Below are positions 10,482 to 21,573 of a stretch of DNA of 55,731 bases, piece after piece. The DNA lies in assembly GCA_027063865.1 (NCBI GenBank), contig JAMOQT010000124.1, forward strand, positions 1-55,731, given 5' to 3'. Origin of the DNA: Nautiliaceae bacterium. GTDB taxonomy: Bacteria > Campylobacterota > Campylobacteria > Campylobacterales > Nautiliaceae. The first letter of the stretch is position 1. Each line of letters begins with the position of its first letter. The position numbers and the translations under genes are program-made. A model generated the notes under the pieces. It was given only the letters and a program-made list of their open reading frames with translations. It did not search any database and was not told where the DNA came from.

Positions 10482-11122
10482 AACATACTCTTTATTAGTA
10501 AAAAGTCTTTATACGCTTCTTTTTTTGCAGACGGGTTTCTTAAAAGGAAACTAGGATGAAATGTAGGTATCACTTTTTTCTCCTTGAATTCAAATATCTG
10601 TCCTCTGACTTTGCTTATTGGGATATCGTTATCCATTAAATACATAAAAGCGGTTTTGCCTAAGCATACCAAAATTTTTGGATTTATTATATCAATCTGT
10701 TTTAAAAGATAAGGTTTGCAGGTCTGGGCTTCTTCGAAACTCGGTACCCTGTTGTTTGGCGGGCGGCATTTTACTATGTTTGCAATGTAAACGTCTTCTC
10801 TTGTTAATTCCAATACATTTAAAATTATTTTTGTTAAAAGTTTTCCGGCTCTTCCCACAAACGGTCTTCCTGTTTTGTCCTCCTCCGCCCCCGGACCTTC
10901 GCCTATAAACATAAGTTTGGCATTAGGATTCCCTTCACCGAATACGACGTGGGTTCTTGTTTTGCTTAAATCACAAAGTGTGCAGTTTAAACATATTTTT
11001 TCAAGCTCGTTTAATTCTTTTGGCATTTGAATTTTTTTATCTTCAGAATGAAAACCTTCAAAATATTCAACACCGGCCGTTTTTAAATCATAGAGGTATT
11101 TCAGTTTCATTATGTTTTTCAT
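10478..11122 (-). CDS. Uracil-DNA glycosylase family 4
   Basis: CxxCxL, GEGPGAEED, KCRPPNNR, HPSFLLR. Confidence 0.93.
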   Translation of the reverse strand: MKNIMKLKYLYDLKTAGVEYFEGFHSEDKKIQMPKELNELEKICLNCTLCDLSKTRTHVVFGEGNPNAKLMFIGEGPGAEEDKTGRPFVGRAGKLLTKIILNVLELTREDVYIANIVKCRPPNNRVPSFEEAQTCKPYLLKQIDIINPKILVCLGKTAFMYLMDNDIPISKVRGQIFEFKEKKVIPTFHPSFLLRNPSAKKEAYKDFLLIKSML

Positions 11123-12575
11123 TTTCGTCTTTCTTTACAATAGTGTAGGTTGGGTATGCGATTTGAATATCATCTTCTTTGTTGAAAGCTTCAATAATTT
11201 CAGCTGAAATATTGCTTCTTAAATTAAGCGGGGCGTAATTGTTCAAATACCAGCAGCTGATCCTGATACCGTTTTCTTCAATAAATGTATAAATTCTGGG
11301 TTCGACATTTGCATTTTTTATATTATAAGATGATTTAAGTTTTTTAATCCTTCTTTTTGTAATATCGGTATAACCTTTTGAGTATTTGTTGACTATTTCT
11401 TTTGCAAGATATACCGCTTTTTTATAATTTGAATCAAATGTAATAGTGACATCTATACCGTCCCATACCGTTGACATTCCGTGATGGGTGTAATTAAATA
11501 CAGGATTGGTAAAAATCACATTGTTAGGAACAAAAACGATTCTCCCAGCCCTTCTATTGTATAAATATGTGGTAAGTGTTACGTCTTCATAAATTACTAT
11601 TCTAGTCAGTGTGATATCGATTACGTCACCTATTATTTTTACATTTCCGTTTTGAAGATAAATTTTAATTCTATCTCCAACCTTAAAGTTTCCGCTAGTC
11701 ATTATTACAAACCAGCCGAATATGTTCATAAACCAGTCTTTCATAGCAATAGCTATACCGGCTGATGCAAAACCGACTATAGTAATAAGATATGTTGCAT
11801 TGTTTATATAAAAAAACGATATTATCAGTAAAATCACCGTAATGTTTATAAAATTTAATATTTTATTGGTGATATAAAACGATTCTTCTTTAATATATTT
11901 TTTAACAGCCAGTTTGATAAGTGTAAATATTAATATACTTATTGCAATTGAAATAATAAGTGAAATTAATTTATTTATTTCTTTGTTTATTTCTTTTTTG
12001 ACTTTTTGTTTGTAAATTTCCGCTTCGGCTTCTAGTGTTTTTAATTTCGTTTTATAGATATTGTTTATCATTATAAAATCTTCAATTGCCTGTTTTGTTT
12101 CGGTATCTTTAATCTTTAGTTTTTTATTAATTTCATTTAGTTCCTGAAGAAGTTTTAATGTGTTTTTGAAATTATTATATGTTTTAAGGTTTTCGTGTAT
12201 GACATTTTTCACTTCTTTTTCATAATTAAGCGCGTTAAAAATCTGAAAAGGATTGTTTACTTCAGGCGGTTTTGGGAGATCTTTTATTTTAATTAGGGTT
12301 TTAAAAATATTTCTGTTTTTACTTAAAAGTTCAAGTTCGGTTTTTAGACGTTCTAGTTTGTCTTTGTATTTTCTAGGGTTTCTGCGTGCAAGTTTTTCCA
12401 AAGAATAAATTTTATTTTGAAGTTTTTTATAATTTAAATAAGATTTGTAGTTAATATAAAATTCGTCTTTTTTTAATGTTTCTGATATTTCGTTTAATTT
12501 TTGTTCTAACAAAGTGGTGTTAGTATCGTTTGCAAACAGCGACAAAAAGAAAAACAGAAAAATTACTATTCTCAT
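11088..12575 (-). CDS. MscS-family mechanosensitive channel
   Basis: TM helices, FKVGDRI, VPNN, IAYPT. Confidence 0.88.
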   Translation of the reverse strand: MRIVIFLFFFLSLFANDTNTTLLEQKLNEISETLKKDEFYINYKSYLNYKKLQNKIYSLEKLARRNPRKYKDKLERLKTELELLSKNRNIFKTLIKIKDLPKPPEVNNPFQIFNALNYEKEVKNVIHENLKTYNNFKNTLKLLQELNEINKKLKIKDTETKQAIEDFIMINNIYKTKLKTLEAEAEIYKQKVKKEINKEINKLISLIISIAISILIFTLIKLAVKKYIKEESFYITNKILNFINITVILLIISFFYINNATYLITIVGFASAGIAIAMKDWFMNIFGWFVIMTSGNFKVGDRIKIYLQNGNVKIIGDVIDITLTRIVIYEDVTLTTYLYNRRAGRIVFVPNNVIFTNPVFNYTHHGMSTVWDGIDVTITFDSNYKKAVYLAKEIVNKYSKGYTDITKRRIKKLKSSYNIKNANVEPRIYTFIEENGIRISCWYLNNYAPLNLRSNISAEIIEAFNKEDDIQIAYPTYTIVKKDENEKHNETEIPL

Positions 12576-13597
12576 TTTGCAAACTTTTTTAAAACTTTCA
12601 TAATTATTTCTTTGTCTATGTTTTCTACAATTTTAAATTTGCCGATTTTTTCGGGAATTATAAATTTTATTTTGTTGTTTAGTGTTTTTTTATCGGCAAA
12701 AAAATGCTCGTAAAATTCTTCAATGTTTTGAATTTTGTAATAGGTGGGCAGATTTTCTTTTTCAAGGAGTTTTTTTATCCTTTCGGCTTCCTCTTTGCTT
12801 AAATATCCGAGTTGTATTGAAAGTTCGTTTGCCATAACCATTCCTACGGCTACTGCTTCTCCGTGAAGGAATGTTTTGTAATTTGTCAGGTTTTCTATAA
12901 CGTGTCCGAATGTATGCCCGTAGTTTAAAACGCTTCTTATTCCTTTTTCTTTTTCATCCTGATTTACCACCCATGCTTTAAGTTCAACGGAGCGTTTAAT
13001 TATCTCTTCTATTGACAATGAGCCTTTTTCTAGGTTTTCAAAATATTCTTTATCGAACATTACCGCCATTTTGATAACTTCCGCCATTCCTGCGGCAAAT
13101 TCTCTTTTTGGCAGGGTTGAGAGGAAATGTGTATCGATATAAACGGCTTGGGGCTGATAAAAAGCCCCGATTAAATTTTTGCCGTATTTGTTGTTTATTC
13201 CGGTTTTTCCTCCGACCGAGCTGTCAACCATTGCAAGAAGTGTTGTGGGTATTTGTATAAACTCAATTCCCCTTAGAAAAATAGAGGCCGCAAAGCCGCT
13301 CATATCTCCTATTACGCCTCCGCCAAAAGCAATAATTAAACTGTTTCTGTCATACTTCGCATCAAACATCCTATCAAGCGCATACGTAATATATTCCATG
13401 GTTTTATACTCTTCTCCGTCAGGCAGGGTGATTATTTTAAGCTCTTTTGCTTTTAGATGATTAAGTAAATAGTTTAAATGATATCCGGCTACTGTCGGAT
13501 TGGTAATAATAGCCACTTTTTTATTTAACGTAATATCTGGTAATTTTTGTATTAATATATCGTATGTTTTATTCGGTGTGTTTATTGTAACCTTCAC
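12572..13597 (-). CDS. aroB: 3-dehydroquinate synthase
   Basis: GGGVIGD, PTTLLAMVDSSVGGKTG, LNYGHTFGH, HGEAV. Confidence 0.97.
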   Translation of the reverse strand: MKVTINTPNKTYDILIQKLPDITLNKKVAIITNPTVAGYHLNYLLNHLKAKELKIITLPDGEEYKTMEYITYALDRMFDAKYDRNSLIIAFGGGVIGDMSGFAASIFLRGIEFIQIPTTLLAMVDSSVGGKTGINNKYGKNLIGAFYQPQAVYIDTHFLSTLPKREFAAGMAEVIKMAVMFDKEYFENLEKGSLSIEEIIKRSVELKAWVVNQDEKEKGIRSVLNYGHTFGHVIENLTNYKTFLHGEAVAVGMVMANELSIQLGYLSKEEAERIKKLLEKENLPTYYKIQNIEEFYEHFFADKKTLNNKIKFIIPEKIGKFKIVENIDKEIIMKVLKKFAK

Positions 13598-13618
13598 TTA
13601 TTCTCCTTTTATTTAATA

Positions 13619-13666
13619 GGCTCAAGGCATAAAGCTTAAAGCAAAATATATGCAATATTTTTTATA
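13619..13666 (+). repeat. AAGCTTA-type heptamer array plus AAAATATATGCAATATT core
   Basis: 13631-13666 is identical over 36 bp to 36452-36487. Confidence 0.9.
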
Positions 13667-13678
13667 TTGTTTTCCTTT

Positions 13679-13734
13679 TTTCACCCTCCCCGCCACTTTT
13701 CAAGTGGCCGGGTTCGCTGCGCTCATTTTCACCC
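13679..13734 (-). repeat. REP-like GC-rich hairpin element, copy 2
   Basis: Reverse complement equals 48537-48593 except for one G in a G-run; stem GCCACTT-GAA-AAGTGGC. Confidence 0.92.
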
Positions 13735-13748
13735 TTTTTTACACCCCC

Positions 13749-15137
13749 TCATTTTACCGGTATTAAAAACTGATTGAATTTGTTTAAAAACAGATATGAA
13801 TATTCCATTTTAGGATTAAGTATCTGCCATATTTTAGGCACCGGTTTTTTTGTAAAAGGGGATATTACACATTGATTATCTTCTTTATTTAGTTCAAAAA
13901 TCGGATTTTCTTTTGTATTTTTTATATTAACATTTTGAAAATTGAAAAGTTTTGCAAAATTTCTTAAGTATTCTGTAAGTTCGGTATGGCTGTTTTCAGG
14001 ATCTCCGTCGATAAATGTCAGAGGTTTGTTAAGTTGAAAAGACAAATCAAAAATAACGGATGCAATAGGTTTGATTTCATTTTCCTGGATTAATACTTTG
14101 ATTCCTTTACATTTTTTAATTGATTCTTCTCCTTTTTTAAAAATGGGAAGTTTAAGGTTAAAATAAAGGGATGAGTATTGATAAAAAAAGTCGTTGTTTG
14201 TTACAATAAGCCCGATGTTGTAAATCTTGACATCGTTTTTTATGCATTCGCTGTATGATGTTTCGTAATAGTCGCTTGAAATTTCAATATTGTCGAATTT
14301 ATAAAGTTTATATATCTGGTTATTTATTGAAGGATTTATTATTTTAATTATCAGTTTTTTGTTTTTAAGTTTTCTGTGTAAAAAGAGGGCGGATTTTAAA
14401 AGGGAGGAAATCTCTTTTTTTTCCATATTTTTCATATCGATTAAAAGATATATATTTTGTCCGTAAGGCTGCGGAAAAGCTCCTATGTTTTTCTTGATTT
14501 TGTTAAATAAATCCTTTAATTCTTTCGGGTCACCTATCAAAAGCAGTTTGTCGTTGGGAAGAATTAAAGTATTTTTGTTTATAAGTCTTAGCTCGTTGTT
14601 TCTATATATTGCGGCAACCCTTGCTTTGTCGTTTTGTAATTTGTTTGGATGTGAATATACAAAAGGAGAATGGGGCGGGACTTCAACTTCCAAAATTTCT
14701 CCTATTCCAAGACCGATATCCCTTGCAAAAAGAGGTACACCCGGTAAAAAGTCGATTATTTTGTTTGTAAGCAGCTGAGGTATATCTATTATTTCTATGT
14801 TGTTTTGCTGTGGAATTTCAAAATCGAGCCAGAATTTTACAAAAAGTATGGGAACTTTTTTATTAATGGAGTTTTTAAGGATAAATTCCGCTTCTTTTTT
14901 ATTTTTTACAACAATTATAATTTTGTTTAAATCTCTGTGTAAGATATTTTTATACAGTTCGTATGCGTAAAAGTTTATTTTGTAAAAAAACAGGTTTTCT
15001 TTTTCGTTAAAGCCGTTTTTTATTTCGTCTTCTTCATAAATTATATGGAATTCCCCAAGATTTAATAGATTATCTGAAATTTTTTTAATTAACAGTGAAG
15101 CTTCTTGACATCCTGCAAATATTAAAATTTTATTCAA
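13749..15137 (-). CDS. TrkA-C domain-containing conserved protein (COG3400-like)
   Basis: GLGIGEILEVEVP...AAIYRNNEL...ILPNDKLLLIG; sits between aroB and tgt as in Campylobacter. Confidence 0.75.
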   Translation of the reverse strand: MNKILIFAGCQEASLLIKKISDNLLNLGEFHIIYEEDEIKNGFNEKENLFFYKINFYAYELYKNILHRDLNKIIIVVKNKKEAEFILKNSINKKVPILFVKFWLDFEIPQQNNIEIIDIPQLLTNKIIDFLPGVPLFARDIGLGIGEILEVEVPPHSPFVYSHPNKLQNDKARVAAIYRNNELRLINKNTLILPNDKLLLIGDPKELKDLFNKIKKNIGAFPQPYGQNIYLLIDMKNMEKKEISSLLKSALFLHRKLKNKKLIIKIINPSINNQIYKLYKFDNIEISSDYYETSYSECIKNDVKIYNIGLIVTNNDFFYQYSSLYFNLKLPIFKKGEESIKKCKGIKVLIQENEIKPIASVIFDLSFQLNKPLTFIDGDPENSHTELTEYLRNFAKLFNFQNVNIKNTKENPIFELNKEDNQCVISPFTKKPVPKIWQILNPKMEYSYLFLNKFNQFLIPVK

Positions 15138-15200
15138 GCAGTTCCTTTTGTTAAAATTTCATAAAATTATAACATACGAATGTATAATTGAGAATTAAAA

Positions 15201-15252
15201 GAAAATATTGCATATACTGCTTTAAGCTTTGTGCTTTTAGCATTAAGCTTTT
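15201..15252 (-). repeat. AAGCTTA-type heptamer array plus TATATGCAATATT core (reverse copy)
   Basis: Reverse complement AAAAGCTTAATGCTAAAAGCACAAAGCTTAAAGCAGTATATGCAATATTTTC; in the tgt 5' region. Confidence 0.85.
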
Positions 15253-15266
15253 ATAAAAGGAATTAA

Positions 15267-16391
<1,125 letters not shown>

Positions 16392-17228
16392 TTAAGTCCT
16401 GTATTTCATAGGAAGCTGCTTAAACTCAATTCCTTTTTTTATGCTTTTGATATTTCCTTTTTCATCAATAATAAATGTAACATCTTTTTCCGCTCCCATA
16501 TTGTCTGTTGATAAAATTTCAATCATAAGTTCGCCGTTTTTTATATTTGCTTTTACAGGTCTTTCATCCATTCCCATATCAATTGTTTTTGCCCAGACTG
16601 TTTTATTATCAAATGTTTTATAAGCGATAATAACATCTTCACTTGTTGCTTGTGTGGTTCCGATTATCAAAAGACCTTTTTTATAAGGCAGTATTTTGTA
16701 TGCATCATCCATAAAAGGCGTTGAAACGGTTAATTTGCCTTTTTTTGAATATACGATGATATCGGAATTATTATTTGGTGTATATTTTGTAACTGCCACA
16801 TAAACATTGTTTTCTTTAATGGCAAAATCTCTTGCTAAGTCATATTTTTCACCGTAATAGTTTGTTTTTATAAGGTTTCCGGTTAAATCATATGTAAGAA
16901 GGGAAACTTTGTTCTTTTTTTGGTCATAGCCTAATATATAAAGTTTGTTTCCGATAATTTGTGATTTAATCGGGTCTAGTAAAACCGGAGTGATTTTTTT
17001 CCACACAAGATTGTAGTTTTTATCAAGTTTATAAACAGCCGCTCCGTTTGGGTCGGGTAAGACAAACACATACCCGTCATCCGTTTTCATTAAAGCACTT
17101 TCATTAACACCGTATTTATCTAGTAAATTTATACTTTTAAAACTTAGCTTTTTTTCAGGTTTAGAGTTTGTTGCGCATCCTGTAAACAGAGTAAGTCCTA
17201 TTAGTGATATGTAAATTAATTTTTTCAT
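16392..17228 (-). CDS. Hypothetical lipoprotein (beta-rich, possibly beta-propeller)
   Basis: Lipobox LFTGC; repeated 'KLDKNYNLVWKK / TYDLTGNLIKT / TFDNKTVWAK' blade-like segments. Confidence 0.7.
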   Translation of the reverse strand: MKKLIYISLIGLTLFTGCATNSKPEKKLSFKSINLLDKYGVNESALMKTDDGYVFVLPDPNGAAVYKLDKNYNLVWKKITPVLLDPIKSQIIGNKLYILGYDQKKNKVSLLTYDLTGNLIKTNYYGEKYDLARDFAIKENNVYVAVTKYTPNNNSDIIVYSKKGKLTVSTPFMDDAYKILPYKKGLLIIGTTQATSEDVIIAYKTFDNKTVWAKTIDMGMDERPVKANIKNGELMIEILSTDNMGAEKDVTFIIDEKGNIKSIKKGIEFKQLPMKYRT

Positions 17229-17253
17229 TTAAAATCTCCTTTTTGTGTTGTGC

Positions 17254-17336
17254 GCTTAAAGCTTAAAGCAAGATATATGCAATATTGTCTTTAGAATAAA
17301 ATGCTTTATGCTTTAAGCTTTGTATTTTTAGCTTTT
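17254..17336. repeat. Inverted pair of AAGCTTA heptamer arrays around a TATATGCAATATT core
   Basis: GCTTAAAGCTTAAAGCA ... TGCTTTATGCTTTAAGC are 16/17 complementary. Confidence 0.88.
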
Positions 17337-17913
17337 ATTCGTAATATGTTACGGAGCTTTTTCCGAATTTTCTTGTTTTTATTTTTTTATAAAGACCTAA
17401 TTCTTCAGGGAAAGTGTAATCACTTTGATGTTCGATTAAGATTTTTTCAACATTTATTTTAGGTAGCTGTTTAATTAAAAGCTGTACTTTGTCATAAATA
17501 TCTTCATAACCTTCTCTTATTGCAAAAGGCGGGTCGAAATAAAAAAACGCCCTGTCTTTTTCTCTTTTTAGTTTTTCAATAACATCCCAAACAGTTTCAA
17601 AACTGTCTCCTAAAATAATTTCGCATTTTTCAGGCTCCATTGAATCGATGTTTTTTTTCAAAACTTTGGCAGCTTCCGGGTCTTTTTCCAAAAAATAAGC
17701 TTTTTTTGCACCTCTGCTTATCGCCTCAAGACCTATGCTTCCGACACCGCTGAACATTTCCACCCATGTAGAATCGGGGACTTCCCATTGAAGAGTGTTA
17801 AAAACACTTTCTTTTAAAATGTTTTTGGTACTTCTGGTGGTGTCTTTATTACCCATATAGAGTTTTTTGCCCCTGTATTTGCCCCCTATGATTTTTATAT
17901 TACTTTTTTCCAT
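17335..17913 (-). CDS. rsmD: 16S rRNA m2G966 methyltransferase
   Basis: IIGGKYRGKKL, FSGVGSIGLEAISRGA, DPPF. Confidence 0.92.
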   Translation of the reverse strand: MEKSNIKIIGGKYRGKKLYMGNKDTTRSTKNILKESVFNTLQWEVPDSTWVEMFSGVGSIGLEAISRGAKKAYFLEKDPEAAKVLKKNIDSMEPEKCEIILGDSFETVWDVIEKLKREKDRAFFYFDPPFAIREGYEDIYDKVQLLIKQLPKINVEKILIEHQSDYTFPEELGLYKKIKTRKFGKSSVTYYE

Positions 17914-18190
17914 TGGCTTCCTTTAAAAGTTCAAGTATTTCTTTTTTAAAATTTTCAAAAATTTCATCTAGTTTTTCTTCTACACTCTTTTCATTTTGAG
18001 GAAGCTTTTTTTCAAGCTGCATAAAAAGAGTTGTTTTTGTAAAAGGTTTTTTAATGTCTTTGCCTATAAGTATACCGTCAATATCGGGATTGTCCGTTAT
18101 TACAATTCCTTTTTCGCTTAAATTCCCTTTTAGAAAATATTCCAGCGTGTATTGTAGCAAAGGGGAATCGCATTTTATTTTATACTGCAT
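17900..18190 (-). CDS. Hypothetical protein
   Basis: 96-aa ORF overlapping the rsmD start. Confidence 0.65.
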   Translation of the reverse strand: MQYKIKCDSPLLQYTLEYFLKGNLSEKGIVITDNPDIDGILIGKDIKKPFTKTTLFMQLEKKLPQNEKSVEEKLDEIFENFKKEILELLKEANGKK

Positions 18191-18261
18191 AAACTGCCTT
18201 TATAAAGTGATATAATTTTAAACATAATTATTTAAATCAGCATTAATTTGTATAAGAAAAT

Positions 18262-18288
18262 TAAATTTTTATTTATTTTGACCGATAT
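18262..18288 (+). promoter_or_regulatory. Sigma28 (FliA) promoter of the flaG-fliD-fliS operon
   Basis: TAAA-N15-ACCGATAT matches the FliA consensus TAAA-N15-GCCGATAA. Confidence 0.85.
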
Positions 18289-18315
18289 TATAGCAGATTA
18301 AAAAAGGGGTTAATA

Positions 18316-18693
18316 ATGGATGTGTTCAGCAATATTAAAAATATGACACAAAAAACTCAAAATTATGAAACGCTTAGCAATAACAATACGGTTAAAAGAG
18401 ATGAAGTGCAAAAAGTGAGCAAAATTGAAGAGCAAAAAGAAGTTATGGAAAAACAGGATAAAAACAAATTAAAAAAAGAGCTTCAAAAAATAACCGAAGA
18501 GCTGAATAAAGCCCTGAATCCTTTAAATACGACGCTTAAATTTCAATTTAATGATAAAATTGACGAATTGATGGTGAAAGTAGTTGATACGCAAAACAAT
18601 AAAGTAATAAGAGAATATCCTCCAAAAGAAGCGTTGGAGCTTATGGAAAAAATGAGGGAAATTGTCGGATTATTATTTGACAAGAAAGGTTAA
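18316..18693 (+). CDS. flaG: Flagellar protein FlaG
   Basis: LKFQFND...VKVVD...VIREYPPKE motif; upstream of fliD. Confidence 0.92.
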   Translation: MDVFSNIKNMTQKTQNYETLSNNNTVKRDEVQKVSKIEEQKEVMEKQDKNKLKKELQKITEELNKALNPLNTTLKFQFNDKIDELMVKVVDTQNNKVIREYPPKEALELMEKMREIVGLLFDKKG

Positions 18694-18695
18694 AA

Positions 18696-20402
18696 ATGGC
18701 TGATATGGGAACACTCTCTTCACTTGGAATAGGAAGTGGGGTATTAAAATACGATGTTATAGATAAGTTAAAAAACGCCGATAAAAAGACAATGATTACG
18801 CCTCTGGAAAATAAACTCGATTTACTTAAGAAAAAAGAAAGTGCAATTTCTCAGTTTATCACAATAGGTTCGACAGTAAAAACGGATATTCTTGATTTGG
18901 CTGACGGTACTCTTTTTGCGAAAATTTCAACAAACGTCAGCGGAAGCAGTGTAAAAGTCGAAGCGGAAGACGGTGTAAAACCGCAGACTTTTAATATTGA
19001 CGTTTCACAGCTTGCCGAAAACGACGTATTTCAGTCAAACGGTTTTGCTTCAATGGAGAGTGTTGTCAATAACAGCGGAAGTGACGTGACTCTTTCTATA
19101 GGTATGAATGGTACTGAGACTTCATTTACATTAAAATCCGGTGCGACTTTAAATGATTTAAAAGAAGCTATAAATAATGCAAATGCCGGTGTAACCGCTT
19201 CAATAATCGATACGGGAGTAGGGGATAATCCTTATAAACTTGTACTTAAAGCAAATGAAACGGGAGAGGATAATTATATACAGTTTAACTATTCGGGAAT
19301 AGATGATTTAGGTTTTAATGCAGTCAATTATACATCAGCCACTTATTCATCAGACAGTGATAAAGTAAATGACAGCGGAAGTGACCAGACATTTAAAATA
19401 ACGGTTAACGGGACGGAATATTCTATGACCGTGGCAGACGGAATGAGTGTGAGTGATTTTATCGATGCTTTAAATAACGGGGAATTAAAAGACAGTGACG
19501 GTAATTCTTTAAAAATAAACGCTTCTTACAATAACGATACGGGCGCTGTTAATTTTGATATTCAGGCGATTGGAGATATTGTAATTGACGATACGGATTT
19601 AACTACCAGCTTTAACGACAATACGGATTTTACAAATTCAAACAGGCTTCAACAGGCGCAGGATGCCAAATTTAAATATAACGGTGTGGAAATCCAAAGA
19701 GAGTCAAACAAAATTGAGGATTTAATAAACGGGGTTACTATAAATTTGCAAAATACCGGCAGTTCAACTGTTTCAATAACTTCAAATGTTGATGATATGG
19801 TAGATACGATTAAAAAGTTTGTGGCAGATTATAATGCAATGATTTCAAATTTGCAGAGTTTAACCGCTTATGATAAAGAAAGCGGAAATGTGGGACTCTT
19901 TCAGGGGGATAGTGATTTTACAATGCTTAGCGGTAAATTTTATAATGATATTTTCGGTGTTGTAATGTCAAATAAAACTACCCGCTCAGACTATAACGGA
20001 AACGAATATACGGTTAATACGATATTTACGGCTGCCGATGTAGGCTTTAGTATGAATAAAACGGGAATGATAAGTTTTGATGAGGAGAAATTCAGAAGTG
20101 CGTATAAAAAAGACCCTGATCTGACAAACAGACTATTTGGAAGTATGTTTACAAGATTAAAAACCGATTTTGAGAGTACAATTACCGGAGATAAATCAAA
20201 TTTGAATTTATTAGACCAAGAAATAAAAAAAGAAGAAGACAGATATCAGGACAGAATTGACGCTATGAATAAATATTTAGAAACTAAATATGAAATAATG
20301 GCGAAACAGTTTGCCTCATATGATGAAATGATAAATAAACTTAACACTCAAAGCCAAAGCCTTACAATGGCAATTCAGCAGGCGATAAACGCAAAAAAAT
20401 AA
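18696..20402 (+). CDS. fliD: Flagellar filament cap protein
   Basis: LSSLGIGSG N-terminus, AQDAKF...SNKIEDLINGVTI, C-terminal KQFASYD coiled coil. Confidence 0.95.
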   Translation: MADMGTLSSLGIGSGVLKYDVIDKLKNADKKTMITPLENKLDLLKKKESAISQFITIGSTVKTDILDLADGTLFAKISTNVSGSSVKVEAEDGVKPQTFNIDVSQLAENDVFQSNGFASMESVVNNSGSDVTLSIGMNGTETSFTLKSGATLNDLKEAINNANAGVTASIIDTGVGDNPYKLVLKANETGEDNYIQFNYSGIDDLGFNAVNYTSATYSSDSDKVNDSGSDQTFKITVNGTEYSMTVADGMSVSDFIDALNNGELKDSDGNSLKINASYNNDTGAVNFDIQAIGDIVIDDTDLTTSFNDNTDFTNSNRLQQAQDAKFKYNGVEIQRESNKIEDLINGVTINLQNTGSSTVSITSNVDDMVDTIKKFVADYNAMISNLQSLTAYDKESGNVGLFQGDSDFTMLSGKFYNDIFGVVMSNKTTRSDYNGNEYTVNTIFTAADVGFSMNKTGMISFDEEKFRSAYKKDPDLTNRLFGSMFTRLKTDFESTITGDKSNLNLLDQEIKKEEDRYQDRIDAMNKYLETKYEIMAKQFASYDEMINKLNTQSQSLTMAIQQAINAKK

Positions 20403-20413
20403 AGGTGTGAAAA

Positions 20414-20788
20414 ATGACGTATAATAAAGCTTTAAACAGTTACAATCAGATGAATGTAAATATAGACAGGCCGGAAAAATTAATCCTTATGTTATACGAA
20501 GGGGCATTGAGATTTGCAAACTTTGCCAAAAAAGCTATTAAAGAAAACAATATTGAGGATAAAGTCAAATATATTATTAAAACCTCCAATATTTTTATAG
20601 AGCTTTTAAATTCGCTTGATTTTGAAAAAGGCGGGGATATTGCATATTATTTAAACGGGCTTTACGCTTATCAGCTTGAACTGCTTGCAAAAGCCAATCT
20701 GGAAAATGACACTAAATATCTTGATGACGTAATCAGGGTTTTAAAAGGGCTTATTGAAGCGTGGAAAGACGAGACGGGAATTAGTTAA
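20414..20788 (+). CDS. fliS: Flagellin chaperone FliS
   Basis: PEKLILMLYEGA, LNSLDFEKGG, LIEAWK. Confidence 0.95.
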   Translation: MTYNKALNSYNQMNVNIDRPEKLILMLYEGALRFANFAKKAIKENNIEDKVKYIIKTSNIFIELLNSLDFEKGGDIAYYLNGLYAYQLELLAKANLENDTKYLDDVIRVLKGLIEAWKDETGIS

Positions 20789-20789
20789 C

Positions 20790-20817
20790 AGTGAAAAGTG
20801 AAAAGTGAAAAATGAAA
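20790..20817 (+). repeat. Heptamer array AGTGAAA x3 + AATGAAA
   Basis: The last unit contains the ATG of the next gene. Confidence 0.8.
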
Positions 20818-21069
20818 AATTATTTAAATAAACTTAAAATTGCGGTTATTAATGAGGATATAAACAAACTTGAAGAGTTAGTAAACGAGTCTCCTGAGTA
20901 TGATAGCATTGAGGAAGCTCAGGAGATTGTGTCGTTTATTAAAAAGGCTGTGAAATTGCTGCAGAAAGAAAAAAATAAAATTTCTCTTGAAATGCAAAAA
21001 ATCAAAAAACTTCAAAAATTTAATATTGAAAAAAGAATGGAAAAAGAGAGCTTCAGTTTTAAAGCTTAA
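20812..21069 (+). CDS. Small helical protein downstream of fliS (FliT-like by position)
   Basis: 85 aa, LKIAVINED motif, position after fliD-fliS. Confidence 0.65.
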   Translation: MKNYLNKLKIAVINEDINKLEELVNESPEYDSIEEAQEIVSFIKKAVKLLQKEKNKISLEMQKIKKLQKFNIEKRMEKESFSFKA

Positions 21070-21572
21070 AATATTGAATATCTGAAATGAATAAATCCTA
21101 GAATGTTTTGAATATCCCTTACTACTTTTTCCATAATTTTCGCTTCTTTAGTGCCGCTAAGCATTCTTGTAAGAAGATATCCGTTCATAAGTGAAATTTT
21201 AACGGCACCTTTTGAATCTTCATAAACGGCGATGCTTAAAGGCATTTTAACGGCCATAAATTTTGTATCGTCGTCGCTTAACATTTCTCCGGCGTATTTT
21301 GCATTACAGAATTTTATAATCGCAACTTTACCTACATCGGGACCGCCGTATTTTTTAATTTCTTCTTCCTGGTCAATTACCGTTACTACATGCCAGCCGG
21401 GTTGTTTTGAAATGTTTTGTGTCAGGATTTTTACTGTTTTCTCAAAAGAATAAGGACTTGAAACCTGTTTAAACAGCATTGTTTGTGCCGACATTTTGAA
21501 TAAAAGCGGTATTATAAATAAAACAGCAACCGCACCTATAATTAATCCTCCTAAAAAACTTCTTTTATTCAT
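21066..21572 (-). CDS. DUF302-like domain protein
   Basis: SPYSFEKTV...IKFCNAKYA...MPLSIAVYE pattern. Confidence 0.7.
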   Translation of the reverse strand: MNKRSFLGGLIIGAVAVLFIIPLLFKMSAQTMLFKQVSSPYSFEKTVKILTQNISKQPGWHVVTVIDQEEEIKKYGGPDVGKVAIIKFCNAKYAGEMLSDDDTKFMAVKMPLSIAVYEDSKGAVKISLMNGYLLTRMLSGTKEAKIMEKVVRDIQNILGFIHFRYSIF

Positions 21573-21573
21573 A

